64,000 nucleotides of DNA, from positions 21,403,376 to 21,467,375 of the forward strand of contig NC_057749.1 of NCBI RefSeq assembly GCF_004010195.1, given 5' to 3'. Below the pieces are notes generated by a model. It was not told where the DNA came from. It was given only the letters and a program-made list of their open reading frames with translations, and ran no database searches. Positions 1 through 12,476 of the stretch are shown here, piece after piece. The translations under genes and the position numbers were made by a program. Every line of letters starts with the position of its first letter. The stretch's first letter is position 1. The DNA comes from Chiloscyllium plagiosum. Its lineage: Eukaryota.

Positions 1-858
1 AAACACCCACACAACCAACCACACATACACCCATACACACCACTCCCCCCACTCCCCCCACTTACATACTCACAGACACCCTACACATGCCTCCACACAC
101 CTATCGGGTGGCTATAGCAATGAAGCTAGGCAACAAAGTCCCAGTTTTGTCCATGATCTTGGATGGGGAGGTGCTTTGAGACCAATAGCGAGGGGGTAGC
201 CGCTGATGGGGTAAGTGGAGCAGGATGCACTCCCTCCACCTTCATTAACCCTTCGCTGTGGAAAGGGTCAGCACCCTGAGCTGTGTGGGGCTTGAGGCAA
301 CTGGATACACATACTTTCAGAGGGGGTAAGTTCCTTTTCTGCAGCCCATAGCCCCCTCCCCATTAGTGTCACATACACACACATCCTTGGGCCTGTTAGG
401 GAAATGGGCCACATTTGAGCAGGTGTGGAATTCATTCCAAAATATAAATCGCAGGGCAATGGGCAGTTCACTTAAACATCTGTTTTTGTTGCTGCTTTTA
501 GTAAGATGAACTAGTCTTGAGGTGGATGGAGAATCACTGGGATCAGGGGCAGTACACTTATGTCAAACCCAAAGATAAATGAAATCTGAGATAATTGAAA
601 TTTGTTTGTGGTGCTTGTGATACTGACTACAACCAGCAGAGGTCAGGATGGCTGTGAAATAGCAGCAACGTCTCCTGTCTCCATCTGATCCAGCGCCAAT
701 ATTTGTTACCAGCAGAGGGCACAGCTGCACCATTGTGAAATGCATTTGCATTTACATAGCACCTTTCTCTGCTTCAGCACACCCTGAAGCACCTTTATAG
801 CCAACAAAATACTTTTTTGAGTGTTGTATTTTAGGACACATGACAGCATAATGGTGGG

Positions 859-1007
859 CCCTTCCTCAGGAATGATTCCTGAAGAAGGGCTCACGCCCGA
901 AACGTCGATTCTCCTGCTCCTTGGATGCTGCCTGACCTGCTGCGCTTTTCCAGCAACACATTTTCAAGCTCTGATCTCCAGCATCTGCAGTCCTCACTTT
1001 CTCCTAC
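859..1007 (+). mobile_element. Short Penelope-derived element with hammerhead motif and 12-bp TSD
   Basis: Flanking direct repeat cataatggtggg (847-858, 1008-1019); core CTGAAGA-a-GGGC-tcac-GCCC-GAAACGTC at 879-906. Confidence 0.75.
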
Positions 1008-1029
1008 CATAATGGTGGGGTGGAGTGGA

Positions 1030-1800
1030 TGGAGAGGATGTTCCTGGTGACAGAGAATGCAACCAGTGAAACTGAAGGGAGGGGAGTGGGTACACAACTT
1101 GAAGGCGCTGAACTCAATATGCAAGCCCAGAAGGTTGTAAGGTGCTTAATCTGACAGTGAGGTGGTGCTCTGTGATCCACTGCACCACGCCAAGGACAGA
1201 CAAGTGGGCATGTGACCAGGATTCTGTGTTAAAATGACCAGATGTGGGAAAGTGTTGTGCAAAGCAGTCAACCAATGTAGAGTAGACCACATTGGGTGCA
1301 GTGAATGCAATGGATCATATTGGAGGAGATACAGGGGGGATGCCGCTTCACTTGGAAAGACTGTTTAGGCCCTTGGATGGTGAGCAGGGAGGAGGGGAAG
1401 GGACAGGTGTTCCATTTTCTGTGGTTAAATGGGAAGGTGCAATGGGAAGGCAGGTAGGGAGGGGGGACTGGAGTTGGTGGTCGTGGAATGGACTATGGTG
1501 CCCCAGATGGAACAATCCCTATGATAGGGGAGTGAGGGGAAGGTGTGTTTGGTGATGGTATTCCACTGGAATTGTCTGAAATGGTGGAGAATGATCCCTT
1601 TGAATGTGGAAGCTGGTGAGAGGGAAAAGTGAGGACACAAGGGGACCTGATCACACTGTTGTGAGCGATGGGAAGGGGCAAGGGTCAAAGCGTGGACCAA
1701 ATGATGCTGGGGGCCCATCATCCACAGTGGGCAGGAAACCAGCATGTGCTCCTGGTCCCTGAATCTGCTGCTGATTTGCAAGAAAGAAGCCATCTGGTTC
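1030..1800 (-). mobile_element. Degenerate Penelope-like element fragment
   Basis: Similar to the 11150-11990 fragment, which retains GIY-YIG-like residues; heavily decayed. Confidence 0.5.
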
Positions 1801-1804
1801 ATTA

Positions 1805-3290
1805 GAGTCATAGAGATGGACAGCACAGAAACAGACCCTTCGGACCAACCCGTCCATATCGACCAGATAACCCAACCCAATCTAGTCCCACCTGCCAGCA
1901 CCCAGCCGATATCCCTCCAAACCCTTTCTAATCATATACCCATCCAAATGCCTCTTAAATATTGCAATTGTGCCAGCCTCCACCACATCCTCTGGCAGCT
2001 CATTCCACACACGTACCAACTTCTGCGTGAAAAAGTTGCCGCTTAGGTCTCTTTTATATCTTTCCCCTCTCACCCTAAACCTATGCCCTCCAGTTCTGGA
2101 CTCCCCCACCCCAGGGAAAAGACCTTGTCTATTTACCTTATCCATGCCCCTCATGATTTTATAAACCTCTTTAAGATCACCCCTCGGCCTCTGACGCTCC
2201 AGAGAAAACAGTCCCAGCCTGCTCAGCCTCTCCCTGTAGCTCAGATCCTCCAACCCTGGCAACATCCTTGTAAATCTTTTCTGAACCNNNNNNNNNNNNN
2301 NNNNNNNNNNNNNNNNNNNNNNNNNNNNNNNNNNNNNNNNNNNNNNNNNNNNNNNNNNNNNNNNNNNNNNNNNNNNNNNNNNNNNNNNNNNNNNNNNNNN
2401 NNNNNNNNNNNNNNNNNNNNNNNNNNNNNNNNNNNNNNNNNNNNNNNNNNNNNNNNNNNNNNNNNNNNNNNNNNNNNNNNNNNNNNNNNNNNNNNNNNNN
2501 NNNNNNNNNNNNNNNNNNNNNNNNNNNNNNNNNNNNNNNNNNNNNNNNNNNNNNNNNNNNNNNNNNNNNNNNNNNNNNNNNNNNNNNNNNNNNNNNNNNN
2601 NNNNNNNNNNNNNNNNNNNNNNNNNNNNNNNNNNNNNNNNNNNNNNNNNNNNNNNNNNNNNNNNNNNNNNNNNNNNNNNNNNNNNNNNNNNNNNNNNNNN
2701 NNNNNNNNNNNNNNNNNNNNNNNNNNNNNNNNNNNNNNNNNNNNNNNNNNNNNNNNNNNNNNNNNNNNNNNNNNNNNNNNAATCAGTCTCCCATGGGGAA
2801 CCTTGTCGAACGCCTTACTGAAGTCCATATAGATCATATTTACTACTCTACCCTCATCACTTCTTCAAAAAACTCATTCAAGTTTGTGAGACATGATTTC
2901 CCACGCACAAAGCCACGTTGACTATCCCGAATCAGTCCTTGCCTTTCCAAATAAATGTACATCCTGTCCCTCAGGATTCCCTCCAACAACTTGCCCACCA
3001 CTGACGTCAGGCTCACCGGTCTATAGTTCCCTGGCTTGTCCTTACCACCCTTCTTAAACAGTGGCACCACGTTTGCCAACCTCCAGTCTTCCAGCACCTC
3101 ACCTGTGACCATCGATGATACAAATATCTCAGTAAGAGGCCTAGCAATCACTTCTCTGGCTTCCCACAGAGTTCTAGTGTACACCTGATCAGGTCCTGGA
3201 GATTTATCCACCTTTATGCATGTTAAGACATCCAGCACTTCCTCCTCTATAATATGGACATCTTTCAAGATGTCACCATATATTTCTCCA
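1805..3290 (-). mobile_element. CR1-clade LINE, 3' portion (RT), spanning an N gap
   Basis: ORFs KSPGPDQVY...NYRPVSLTSVVGK...GKSCLTNL, IYMDFSKAFDKVPH and LGLFSLE...RGDL.EVYKI; (ctctatga)-type 3' tail. Confidence 0.92.
2288..2780. other. Assembly gap (493 N) inside a CR1
   Basis: N run. Confidence 0.99.
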
Positions 3291-3329
3291 CGAGGTCATC
3301 ATTTTTGTTTTGAGGTCATTGTTTTGATT

Positions 3330-3555
3330 TTTATTTTATTTCAAAAATATACTTTATTCATAAAATAATTTGATGGTCTGTACAGTTGGTCATGCCATAC
3401 ATTTACATACAGAGATCAGAATTTATCATCTGTATGTACAGGTCTGTACGTTTATCAATCATTTGTCCATATATTTAGCTGAGGTGTCAGCGGAGCCTAA
3501 ATGACTGCGTGGGCCCCCTGTTCTTCGTTAGGCAGGCAGACTTTACACAGTGGTC
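3330..3555 (-). mobile_element. Probable 3' end of an L1/Tx1-type LINE
   Basis: Minus strand ends in AATAAA followed by an A-rich tail (gaataaagtatatttttgaaataaaataaaa); family assignment from memory. Confidence 0.45.
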
Positions 3556-3710
3556 ACACACACCCACACACAGACTCACAACCACTACACACCCACACAT
3601 GCACACCAATATACACACTCCCCCCACACACACACACATTCACACACAACCCCCAACCACACCCAAACACAACCAACACACCGCTCACATGTACCCCACA
3701 TACACACCCA
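3555..3710. repeat. Degenerate (CA)n-rich simple repeat
   Basis: Visible CA/CCA-rich tract. Confidence 0.85.
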
Positions 3711-3867
3711 TATACTACGATCAACACCACCGGCTCTTATTTTAAGTAGCTTCGTGTCTGGACCTCTTTACCGTCTGAAAATTACATCAACTGGTTTCCC
3801 TTTATCTATCCTGCTTAGCTTTCTGACTCACAGAAAATAAGAGCCGGTGGTGTTGATCGTAGTATAT
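3710..3867. repeat. 34-bp perfect inverted repeat with 90-bp spacer (MITE-like)
   Basis: atatactacgatcaacaccaccggctcttatttt (3710-3743) is the reverse complement of 3834-3867. Confidence 0.8.
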
Positions 3868-3971
3868 TAGCATGGATAGTAGTATATTAGCATGGATAGT
3901 AGTATATTAGCCTGGATAGTAGTATATTAGCATGGATAGTAGTATGTTAGCATGGATAGTAGTATATTAGC
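3859..3971. repeat. 20-bp minisatellite (gtagtatattagcatggata), about 5.5 copies
   Basis: Directly visible, with 2 substitutions. Confidence 0.95.
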
Positions 3972-4510
3972 TGGCTAACTGATAGACGTTGGGGTAAGGG
4001 CGGCAGTTTGAGAATGACAACCTGCAGCTAAAGGAATGTCACAGGGATCAGTGCTGGAGCCACAGTCTTTCACAATATATATTCAAATAACTCCTCAGAG
4101 GCCAGGGCACCCTTTATTTACACATGGAGAATCCTTGACACTGATCCAGCTCCCTCAAAACCGACTCTCAGAGTGAACTGGGCATCAGCCAAGGCTCCCT
4201 GATTGGACCAGATTAACAGCTCCAATCAGGGAATGCCTGTACTGCTCATTAATAAAAAGCTTTTCACTGGACACGTGACAATAAATCAATCAATCGGTTA
4301 CTTCCTCAAAAAATTCTCGTATATTTGTCAGGCCTGATTTTCCTATATGGCCTGTTCTGACTCTAATAACGTTATGTATTTCTAAATGCTCTGCAATTTC
4401 CTCCTTTATAATCGTCCCTCATATTTTTACAGTAACAAACATTAAACTTTGCTGATCTATAGTTACCTGTTGTCTTCTTTCATTTCATTTTGAAATAAAG
4501 GTGTTACATT

Positions 4511-5050
4511 GTAGACAGGCAGGAGGCTGGAAGAACACAGCAAGCCAGGCAGCATCAGGAGGTGGAGAAGTCAACGTTCCGGGTGTAACTGTTCTTCAAG
4601 ACGGGGGATGGGGGAGGTATTTGAGTGGGGAGAGGAGCGAAGTGGTGAGGCAGTGATAGGTGAACACGGGTGGAGGGTACGACCTGATTGGTCAATGGGA
4701 TAGATGAATCCGGTTGGTGGGTGAAAGACAGGAGGAAGTGAGGGCTGCAGATGCTGGAGAGTCAGAGTCAAAAGGTGTGGCGCTGGAAAAGCACAGCCGG
4801 TCAGGCAGCATCCGAGGAGCAGGAGAGTCGACGTTTCAGGGAATTCCTGATGAAGAGCGTATGCTCGAAATGTCGGCTCTCCTGCTCCTCGGATGCTGCC
4901 TGACCGGCTGTGCTTTTCCAGCACCACACTTTTTTTGAAGCTGCAATGAAGAGTCACGAGGAGGAATGGAAAGTGAGGGGGAGGGTCTGGAAAGGTATTT
5001 GGGGGATGGGAACGGAGGTTATTTGAAATTGGAGACCTCAGTGTTGAGTC
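4511..5050 (-). mobile_element. Penelope-like 3' fragment with a nested palindromic short element (4735-4935)
   Basis: The inner element is an inverted pair of ctggaaaagcacagc...aggagagtcgac arms with CTGATGA-a-GAGC-gtat-GCTC-GAAA at 4847-4870. Confidence 0.65.
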
Positions 5051-5284
5051 CTTACATTAGCCATTTTCGAAACCTCTGGGACTTTTCCAGAAGTTAAACA
5101 TTCAAGTGAAAGTTCAAGAAGTTTGTTCACAAAATTTATTTTCTCCTTGATATTTTTTGGTCGTTTGTTACTGATTCTTAAAACTTTCTCAAAGCTCTGG
5201 TTTACCACCAATCTGTTACATTGTTGATTTTTAATTGTGTCAAACCGCTGCTATCCTGAACATTCCTGGTTAACTCCGGTTGTC

Positions 5285-5465
5285 CCTCTCACTCTCTCTC
5301 TGTTCCTCTCTCTGTCTCTCTGTGTTCCCTCTCCCCCTGCCCCAGTCCCCTTTCTCCCTCTCTGCCCTTCTTATTTTCCCTCTCTCCCTTTCCCTTTCTC
5401 TCTTCCTCCCTCACTCTCTCTCCCTCCCTGCGCCTCTCTCTCTGTGCCTTTCTCTGGCTCTGGTC
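5285..5465. repeat. CT-rich low-complexity tract
   Basis: Polypyrimidine run. Confidence 0.85.
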
Positions 5466-5658
5466 TTTGCTGTGTCCCAGTGTGCCTCTAGATTGACGGA
5501 CAGTGGGGATTTCCCCAAATTCTTTCCCATGAGGTTTTTACGCTGACTAAAAGAAGGTTTTTTTTTCTGATAACGTAGAATGCTGGTTCAGAAACATTAG
5601 ATTGATGTACAATGATAGAGGCTTCTTTGAATTTAAGAGAATAATCAGCATAGCCATT

Positions 5659-6696
5659 GTGGATGTAGGTTTGCTCGCTGAGCTGGAAGGTTCATTTCCA
5701 GATGTTTCGTCACCCTACTAGTCAACATCTTAAGTGGGCCTCTGGACAAAGCACTGTTGATAATTCCTGCTTTCTACTTATATGTTTGGATTTCTTTGGA
5801 TTGGTGATGTCATCTCCTATGGTGACATCATTTTCTGTGGTGATGTCATTTCCTGTTCTTATTCTCAGGGGGTGGTAGATGGGGTCTAACTCGATGTGTT
5901 TGTTGATAGAGTTCCAGTTGGAATGCCAAGCTTCCAGGAATTCTCATGCGTGTCTGTGTTTGGCTTGTCCTAGGATGGATGTGTTGTCCCATTTGAAGTG
6001 GTGTCCTTCCATATTTGTATGTAAGGATACTAGTGAGAGAGGGCCATATCATTTTGTGGCTATTTGGTGTTCATGTATCTTGGTGGCTAGTTTTCTACCT
6101 GTTTGTCCAATTTAGTGCTTGTTATAGTCCTTGCACGGTATTTTACAACAAGGAAAACTAATATTATTTATAAAATACCGTGCAAGGACTGTAACAAATA
6201 CTACATTGGACAAGTAGACAGAAAACTAGCCATGAGGATACATGAACATCAATTAGCCACAAAAAGACATGACCTTCTCTCACTAGTATCCTTACATACA
6301 GATAAGGAAGGACACCACTTCGACTGGGACAACACATCCATCCTAGGACAAGCCAAACAGAGAAACACACAAGAATTCCTAGAAGCATGGCATTCCACCC
6401 GGAACTCTATCAACAAACACATCGACTTGGATCCCATTTACCACCCCCTGAGAAAAAGATCAGGAAATGGCATCACCATCGGAAATGATGTCACCACAGG
6501 AAATGACATCACCAACCCAAAGAAACCCAAACATATAAATAGAAAACAGGAATTATCAACAGTGCTTTGCCCAGAGGCCCACTGAAGATGTTACCTCGTA
6601 CGGTGATGAAACGTCTGGAAATGAACCTTCCAGCTCAGCGAGCAAACCTACATCCAGAACCTCAACCTGAGCTACAAATCTTCTCAACACCCGCTA
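5659..6696 (+). mobile_element. Penelope-like retroelement 3' end (GIY-YIG endonuclease) preceded by an inverted copy; 9-bp TSD
   Basis: ORF 6103-6585 NIIYKIPCKDCNKYYIGQ..RKL..RIHEH...FLEAWHS; 5659-6140 is an inverted copy of 6170-6657; flanks atagccatt (5650-5658, 6697-6705). Confidence 0.9.
6579..6618 (+). ncRNA. Putative minimal hammerhead ribozyme in the Penelope terminal repeat
   Basis: cca-CTGAAGA-t-gttacc(tcgtac)ggtgat-GAAA-CGTC-tgg; stem I cca/tgg, palindromic ACGU stem III. Confidence 0.65.
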
Positions 6697-7189
6697 ATAG
6701 CCATTATAAGCAACTGATTTTACTCTCTGGTCAGTTGAGGTTAATCCCAGCAAAGTGCTGGCTTGTCAATGTATAAATAGCCTGGTTGCAACAAATTGCC
6801 CATTTTGAATGCAGTGTGTTTTTTTTTATTTCTAATTTTTTCTTAAAAAAAAGCAGAAACCAACAGCTGCAGGGACACACTGACGATGGCCCAGCGAGCA
6901 CACTCAGTCCCCTAAACTGAGGAGATTCTAAATCTCCTGGTTATATACTGTTTTTCCTATTTAATGCAGTTGTTCTTTTTATTCCATGTTGTTAGTGTGT
7001 GCGGGTGTGAGACACAGTGAAAGACAACGCTGTACAAATCTTTATTCAGTTTCCACCAGCAGAAAGAAAGCACTGGGTCATTTGGGCTGGTGACAAGTGG
7101 ATAATTGGAGGCCTCTTTTTGACCGCTCAAAGGCCTTCATTACTGGTGAGATGAGCAGATCCTCAGTGGACCCTCCCCCAGCACCTCAT

Positions 7190-7555
7190 TGCTGAGGTGA
7201 CAAGAAATGGGGAGCAAGTATCTCTCCAGGGTCAACCTGCCCCATTATCTTCCAATTGTCTGCAGCTTCAACACCCCACCCTGTTCCCTCGCCAACATCT
7301 CTGTCTCGGGCTTGCTGCAGTGCTCCAGGGAAGCTCTCTGTCTCCACCCATCCCCTCACTCCTTTCCCTCCCGAGCCCCACAGTCTTCAGCATAATAACA
7401 ACCTTTTCTGAACTACAAGCGGTTCTGAAGAATGATGACTGGACCCGAAACATTAACTCTGCTTTTCTCTCCACAGGTGCTGCCAGACCTGCTGAGTTTC
7501 TGCAGTAATTTCCGTTTCTGTTTCAGATTTTCAGAATCTGCAGTTCTTTGTTATA
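7190..7555 (+). mobile_element. Decayed Penelope-like 3' fragment
   Basis: Ends in the recurrent ...ttctgaaga...cgaaacattaact...gctgccagacctgctgagttt tail. Confidence 0.55.
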
Positions 7556-7689
7556 TCGTATTCTCCCCAATTACCTGCCACATCCCTGGCCACCTCCAGG
7601 GAGGGGGAGATTGTGCCCTACGCAGTTAGACACTCCAACAACAATCACTTGCCGGAAGAACTCTGCCACAGAGGGTTACCCATGGAGGC

Positions 7690-7950
7690 TAGGCCGACAC
7701 TCCCAGTGCTACACTGAGGGGGTGCTGCACTGTCAGAGGGGCCACATTTCAGAGAAGACATGGATCACAGGAGTTCTTCCCAATATTGTGGCGAATACAT
7801 ATCCCTTCACCAACATCAGTGTAACAGATTATCTGGCTCTTTATCTCATTTTGACTGTTTGAGGGATCTTGATGCCTATAGATTGACAGCCATATTTCAT
7901 ATATTACAACATTGAGGCTGAGAAAGGTGCTACACAAATGCAGATTCCTA
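7690..7950. mobile_element. Ancient SINE fragment (Deu-domain/SacSINE1-like)
   Basis: Recurrent motif cactcccagtgc.acactgaggg.gtgctgcactgtc.gagg; related copies at ~19330-19660, ~46240-46570 and ~28060-28300; family name from memory. Confidence 0.45.
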
Positions 7951-8374
7951 CTTTAGACTAGAAACATACCAAGCAAACCCACCCAGACGTTACAACTTGG
8001 TGATCTGACTGGGCTCGGCAACCAACCCTGCACAGAGTCAGTTTCGGAGCATCAGAACTGTGGTGACATCGTCCAAACATTCTGCATTTCTGCAAACGCA
8101 TCACGTGACTAATCGGCCATCTCACTGCAAAACATTCTCAGACAAACCCTGTTACCTCCATGCACAGTGACATTTTCTGTTCCTTTCTGTGGGGATGGAT
8201 CTGTTGTTGAGTTTTCCTCATTGACATCTTGGATAACCCATGGAGATAATCATAGACCTGATGGCACAAATGGCCTCATTCTGTGCTCTATATCCAACGT
8301 TGATCAGTATGTCAGTATACCTCTGAAGGGTATCATCTCTGTATGATGTATAATGTGTGACATGAAGGTATAAA

Positions 8375-8660
8375 CATCTCCAGCTCCATTCTCCCAGACC
8401 TCTCCCCATCCCTTTGTCTGTCCAACTGCTTTTCTCTCCCTCTGGGCTCCAGCTCCATCTATCATTTACTCCTCCACCCCACCCCTTCTTTAACATCTAT
8501 AATAAACTTTTCCCAGCTACAGTCAGTTCTGATGAAGAGACACTGAACTTGAAATGTGAACTTTGATTTCTTTCCACAGATGCTGCCAGACCTGCTGAGT
8601 TTTCCCCGCAATTTCTGATTTTGTTTCTGATTTCCAGTATCTGCAGTTTCTCGGCTTTTT
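8375..8660 (+). mobile_element. Penelope-derived 3' fragment with decayed hammerhead motif
   Basis: agtt-CTGATGA-agag...ctt-GAAA-tgtg-aact at ~8525-8562 plus the common tail. Confidence 0.55.
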
Positions 8661-10821
8661 GTCCCCCATCTTACTTCGGATACCTTGAAATATGACACTC
8701 TGCTGAAAACAGTCCAGTGTTGCTCCTTTGTGTTCAATTAACGTAATGCTCATCCAGACACACATGTGCCTGTGAGTGGAATGTCTATATATAATAAGAA
8801 GCTGTAATAATAATTGTTTGGATTCTTCAATGTTTCTTATGTTCTGAGGGTTAAGGGTTGCCCTGTCAGTTAAATGCCTGTCGGGTGGTTGGTCTGGGTT
8901 CTGTGCTGTTAGTACAATGGCAGGTAAGAGATCTGGTCAAGGTTGCAATAGGTGTGCTGACTGATCTGTTTAGATTACGGAAACTTGCTGAGGCAAAAAG
9001 GTGGAACATTTCTGAATGCAGACAGGAAGTTCATGTTGAGCAGGAAACTACTGTCATTATATTGGAATGTAGGATAAACCAAAAATGGGTCTCAAGTTTT
9101 ATTCCGAATCATGACCTGCTTCTGATTTGTTTGTGTTTCAGAATGCAAATGCAGAGTGAAGATAATCCTTGTTATTTGCTGAATTAGGCTTGGCCTGTGA
9201 TGTGTGTGCGTGTGTGTGTCTATGTGTGTCTATGTGTGAGTGTGAGTAGAAACAGATAACGAAGCAGAGTCAGCATGGCTTCATGAAGGAGAAATAATGC
9301 CTGAGAAATGTAGTGCAGTTCTTTGAGGAGCTCTTCTGAGGAATTCCAGAGCTAGAATATCAAAGCCCACTTCTCCAATCCACAGTCTTTCATTTTCAAG
9401 AATCCATTGCAAAGTTTTTGGATGACACAAAACTAGTGAGGAAGGCAAGTGGTGAGGATGGTATGAAGGGTCTGCAGAGGGATGTGGAAGGGTTAAATGA
9501 TTTGATATAAACTTGGCAGATAGAATCGAAATTGGGTAAATGTGAGGTCTGCACTTAAGCAGGAAGAATAGCGAAGTTAGTATTCTTTAAATACAGAAAG
9601 ATTGTAAAAGCTGCAGCATCAACATTGGAAATGTTATGAACTGCACGGAGGTTAGTGAGAGAATTCAGGTGGATTTAGACAGACTGGTGGAACAGGTACA
9701 CACATGGCAGATGAAGTTGGATGCAGAGAGCTTGAAAGTGAAAGACTGTGGATTGGAGAAGTGGGCTTTGATATTCTAGCTCTGGAATTCCTCAGAAGGG
9801 GAAATTCTTTCTCTACTTTCCTTCTTGCTGTGAGAGGGCTTCAGGACACTGCAACACCCTTGTGATGATGTCGTGATGCTGCACATCACTGAGCATAAAT
9901 AGCACAGTGTGGGTGGAGTTAGAGGAAAATAAACCTACACTCTACCAGACTGGACTAGACTCCTGAATGAAATGAGTTTTCATAGCATATGGCCAAAATT
10001 GTACGCAGTCCTCCAGGTACAGTCTCACTAATGCCTTGCCCAGCTGAATGTATAATGTATGATAGGAGAGGTCCTGTGGTGCAGTGGTAGTGTCCCCACC
10101 TCTGAGCCAGAGAGCCCAAGGTCAAGTCCCACCTACTCTGAGGTGTGCAATAAGATCTCTGAACAGGGTGATGGGAATATATTGGCAATGTGTAATCAAT
10201 CATGTTACCTAGAGGTCTAAGCCTGACCTCAGTCTTTGAAGACAGCTCTTTGCCTTCTCATCGATCAATCTACAAAAATGCAATGTCATCAAAGCAAAAC
10301 AAACAAAATCCTATAAATCTCCTTCATCCTTTTAAACGAGATCACCCATTGGCTTTTCCTCTTCGGGGGAAGAGAGTTGCAGCTTCCTCAACCTCTCAAC
10401 CTTTTTGACTGCTCCTTTTCCCTATCAGCCTGTTGCACAATAAGTCATTGGGTAAATAAGGTAAATCTAGATGTTTTGCTGGTAATGCCATTAATGACAA
10501 TTTTAGGTTTCATTCATAGGATGTGTGTGGCGCTGGTTGGGCCAACATTGATTGTCCAGCATTAATTCCCCTTGAGAAGGTCGTGCTGAATTGTCTTCTT
10601 GAGCCATTGCATTTCTAGATACTCCCACTGTGTTTAAGCTCCAGGATTGTGACCCAGTGACAGTGAAGGAATGATGATGTATTTCCAAATCAGCGTGGCA
10701 TGTGTCTCAGAGGGCAACTTGCAGATGGTGGTGTTCCCATGTGCTCAGTGCATTTGACAGAGATAGAATCCAAACCCACTCTCGATTTTGCTCCCATCAA
10801 TTTTAAAAATCGCACAGCCTC

Positions 10822-11136
10822 GATTAGAATCCCCACAATGTGGAAACAGGCCCTTCGACCCAACAAGTCCACGCTGACCCTCCAAACAGTAACCCACCCA
10901 GACCCATTCTAGCCTACACATCCCCGAACACTATGGGCAATTTTAGCATGGCTAACCCACCTGACCTGCACATCCTTGGATTGTGGGAGGAAACCGGAGC
11001 ACCCGGAGGAAACCCACGCAGACAAGGGGAGAATGAGCAAACTCCACACACAGACAGTCACCCAAGGCTGGAATCGAACCCGGGACCCTGGTGCCATTGG
11101 GCAGCAGTGCTAACCACTGAGCCACCGTGCCACCCC
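10822..11136 (-). mobile_element. HE1-type tRNA-derived SINE, near full length
   Basis: Pol III A box (tggctcagtgg) and B box (ggttcgattcc), core ggtttcctcccacaatccaa, tail ggcctgtttccaca...tctaatc. Confidence 0.85.
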
Positions 11137-11149
11137 ATTTCTTAAACAA

Positions 11150-11990
11150 AGACAGAAATTGCTGGAGGAACGCAGCAGGGTCTGGCAGCATTTCTGTGGA
11201 GAGAAAGCAGGCCCGATGTTTCAGGTCCAGTGACCCCACTTCAAAACTGATGGTAGCAGGGAAAAGGTGATATTCATGCTGAATATAGGAAATGGAGGTT
11301 GGGGGAAGGGTGGCGGTGGTGGGTGGGGGTGGTGGTGAAGGAGTAAGGTGGGCATGGTGCTCCAAAAGAGTTCGGCAGACAACAGGATGGATAATGGGAA
11401 GCCAGGGACAGAAAAGGTCGATAATGGGAACCGTAAGTAGGTGAGAATGGGTTGACTGTGCTTCCAGCAGCCCATGTGGTGAGAAGGCCTGGGGTCTGGG
11501 GGTGGGTAAAGGACTTGGGGGAGGTCCTCCGATCCTAAAATTATTGAAGTGAATATCGAATCCTGAAGGCTGCAGGGTCTCCAAGCCAAAAATGAGGTGT
11601 TGTTCTTCCATCTTGTGCTGAACTTCGTTGGAGCAGTGCAGCAAGCCTGAGACAGAGATGTTGGCCAGGGAATAGAGCAAGCAACAGGAAGTTCAGGGTT
11701 ATATTTGCAGACAGAACGTAAGTGTCTTGCAAAGCAGTCACCCAGTCTGTGTTTTGTCTCCCCGGTGTAGCGAGACCATATTGTGAGCAGCAAATACAAT
11801 AGAGTAAAGTGCAGGTGCTTCACCTGGAAGGTGTGTCTGGGGCCTTGGATAGTGAGGAGGAGGAAGCAAATGGGCAGGTGTTACACCTTCTATGTTGCAC
11901 GGGAAGGTGGTGTGGGGAGGTGTTGAGGAGGAGTGAACCAGGCTGTCCGTAGTGCTGACGTGGGAGAGGAGGGGAATTTATGTCTGGTGA
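11150..11990 (-). mobile_element. Penelope-like element 3' fragment (GIY-YIG remnant)
   Basis: Translated remnants YTGETKHRLGDCFARHL...LPVA and EEQHLIFGLETLQPSG. Confidence 0.75.
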
Positions 11991-12187
11991 AAATATTAGC
12001 TATCCCTTATTTTGAACGAGTGATCGTAGATATTAAAAAGGCAGTAAACAACTGAGGTATCAAATCTGTTCTCACTGCCAAATGCAATCTATCAGCCTCT
12101 CATTTCTCCCTGCCCTGGATTCTCGGCCTCCTGATTTTCCCCCAAGTCAAACACTCCAGTGGATTAACAGATGATGGTCAGTGTAGT

Positions 12188-12476
12188 GACTCATAGAGAT
12201 GGACAGCACGGAAACAGACTCTTTCGTCCAACCCGTCCATGCTGACTAGATATCCCAAACCAATCTAGTCCCACTTGCCAGCACCTGGCCCATATCCTTC
12301 TCAACCTCTCCCATTCATGGACCCATCTAGATGCCTTTTAAATGTTGCAATTGTACCAGCCTCCACCACTTCCTCTGGCAGCTCATTCCATACATGTACC
12401 ACCCTCTGCGTGAAAAAGTTGCCCCTTAGGTCTTTTCTATATTTTTCCCCTCTCACCCTAAACCTATGTCCTCTAG
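12188..12476 (-). mobile_element. CR1 LINE 3' end (runs into the gap)
   Basis: Same 3' sequence as 1805-2100. Confidence 0.9.

Noticed and set aside
2083..2837. Long ORFs spanning N runs (also 12275-13436 and 41129-41854)
   Set aside because: Artefacts of translating through gaps.
3859..3971. Regular repeat array as a possible CRISPR
   Set aside because: Contiguous tandem units with no unique spacers, in a vertebrate-type context.
5478..5530. Acceptor-like AG after a CT tract with IDGQWG peptide and a GGGGATTTCCC NF-kB-like site
   Set aside because: Short frame, no donor or partner exons; a single motif is not evidence.
11060..11136. tRNA-like sequence
   Set aside because: It is the head of an HE1-type SINE, continuous with the SINE body; the same applies at ~47990-48047 and ~51548-51600.
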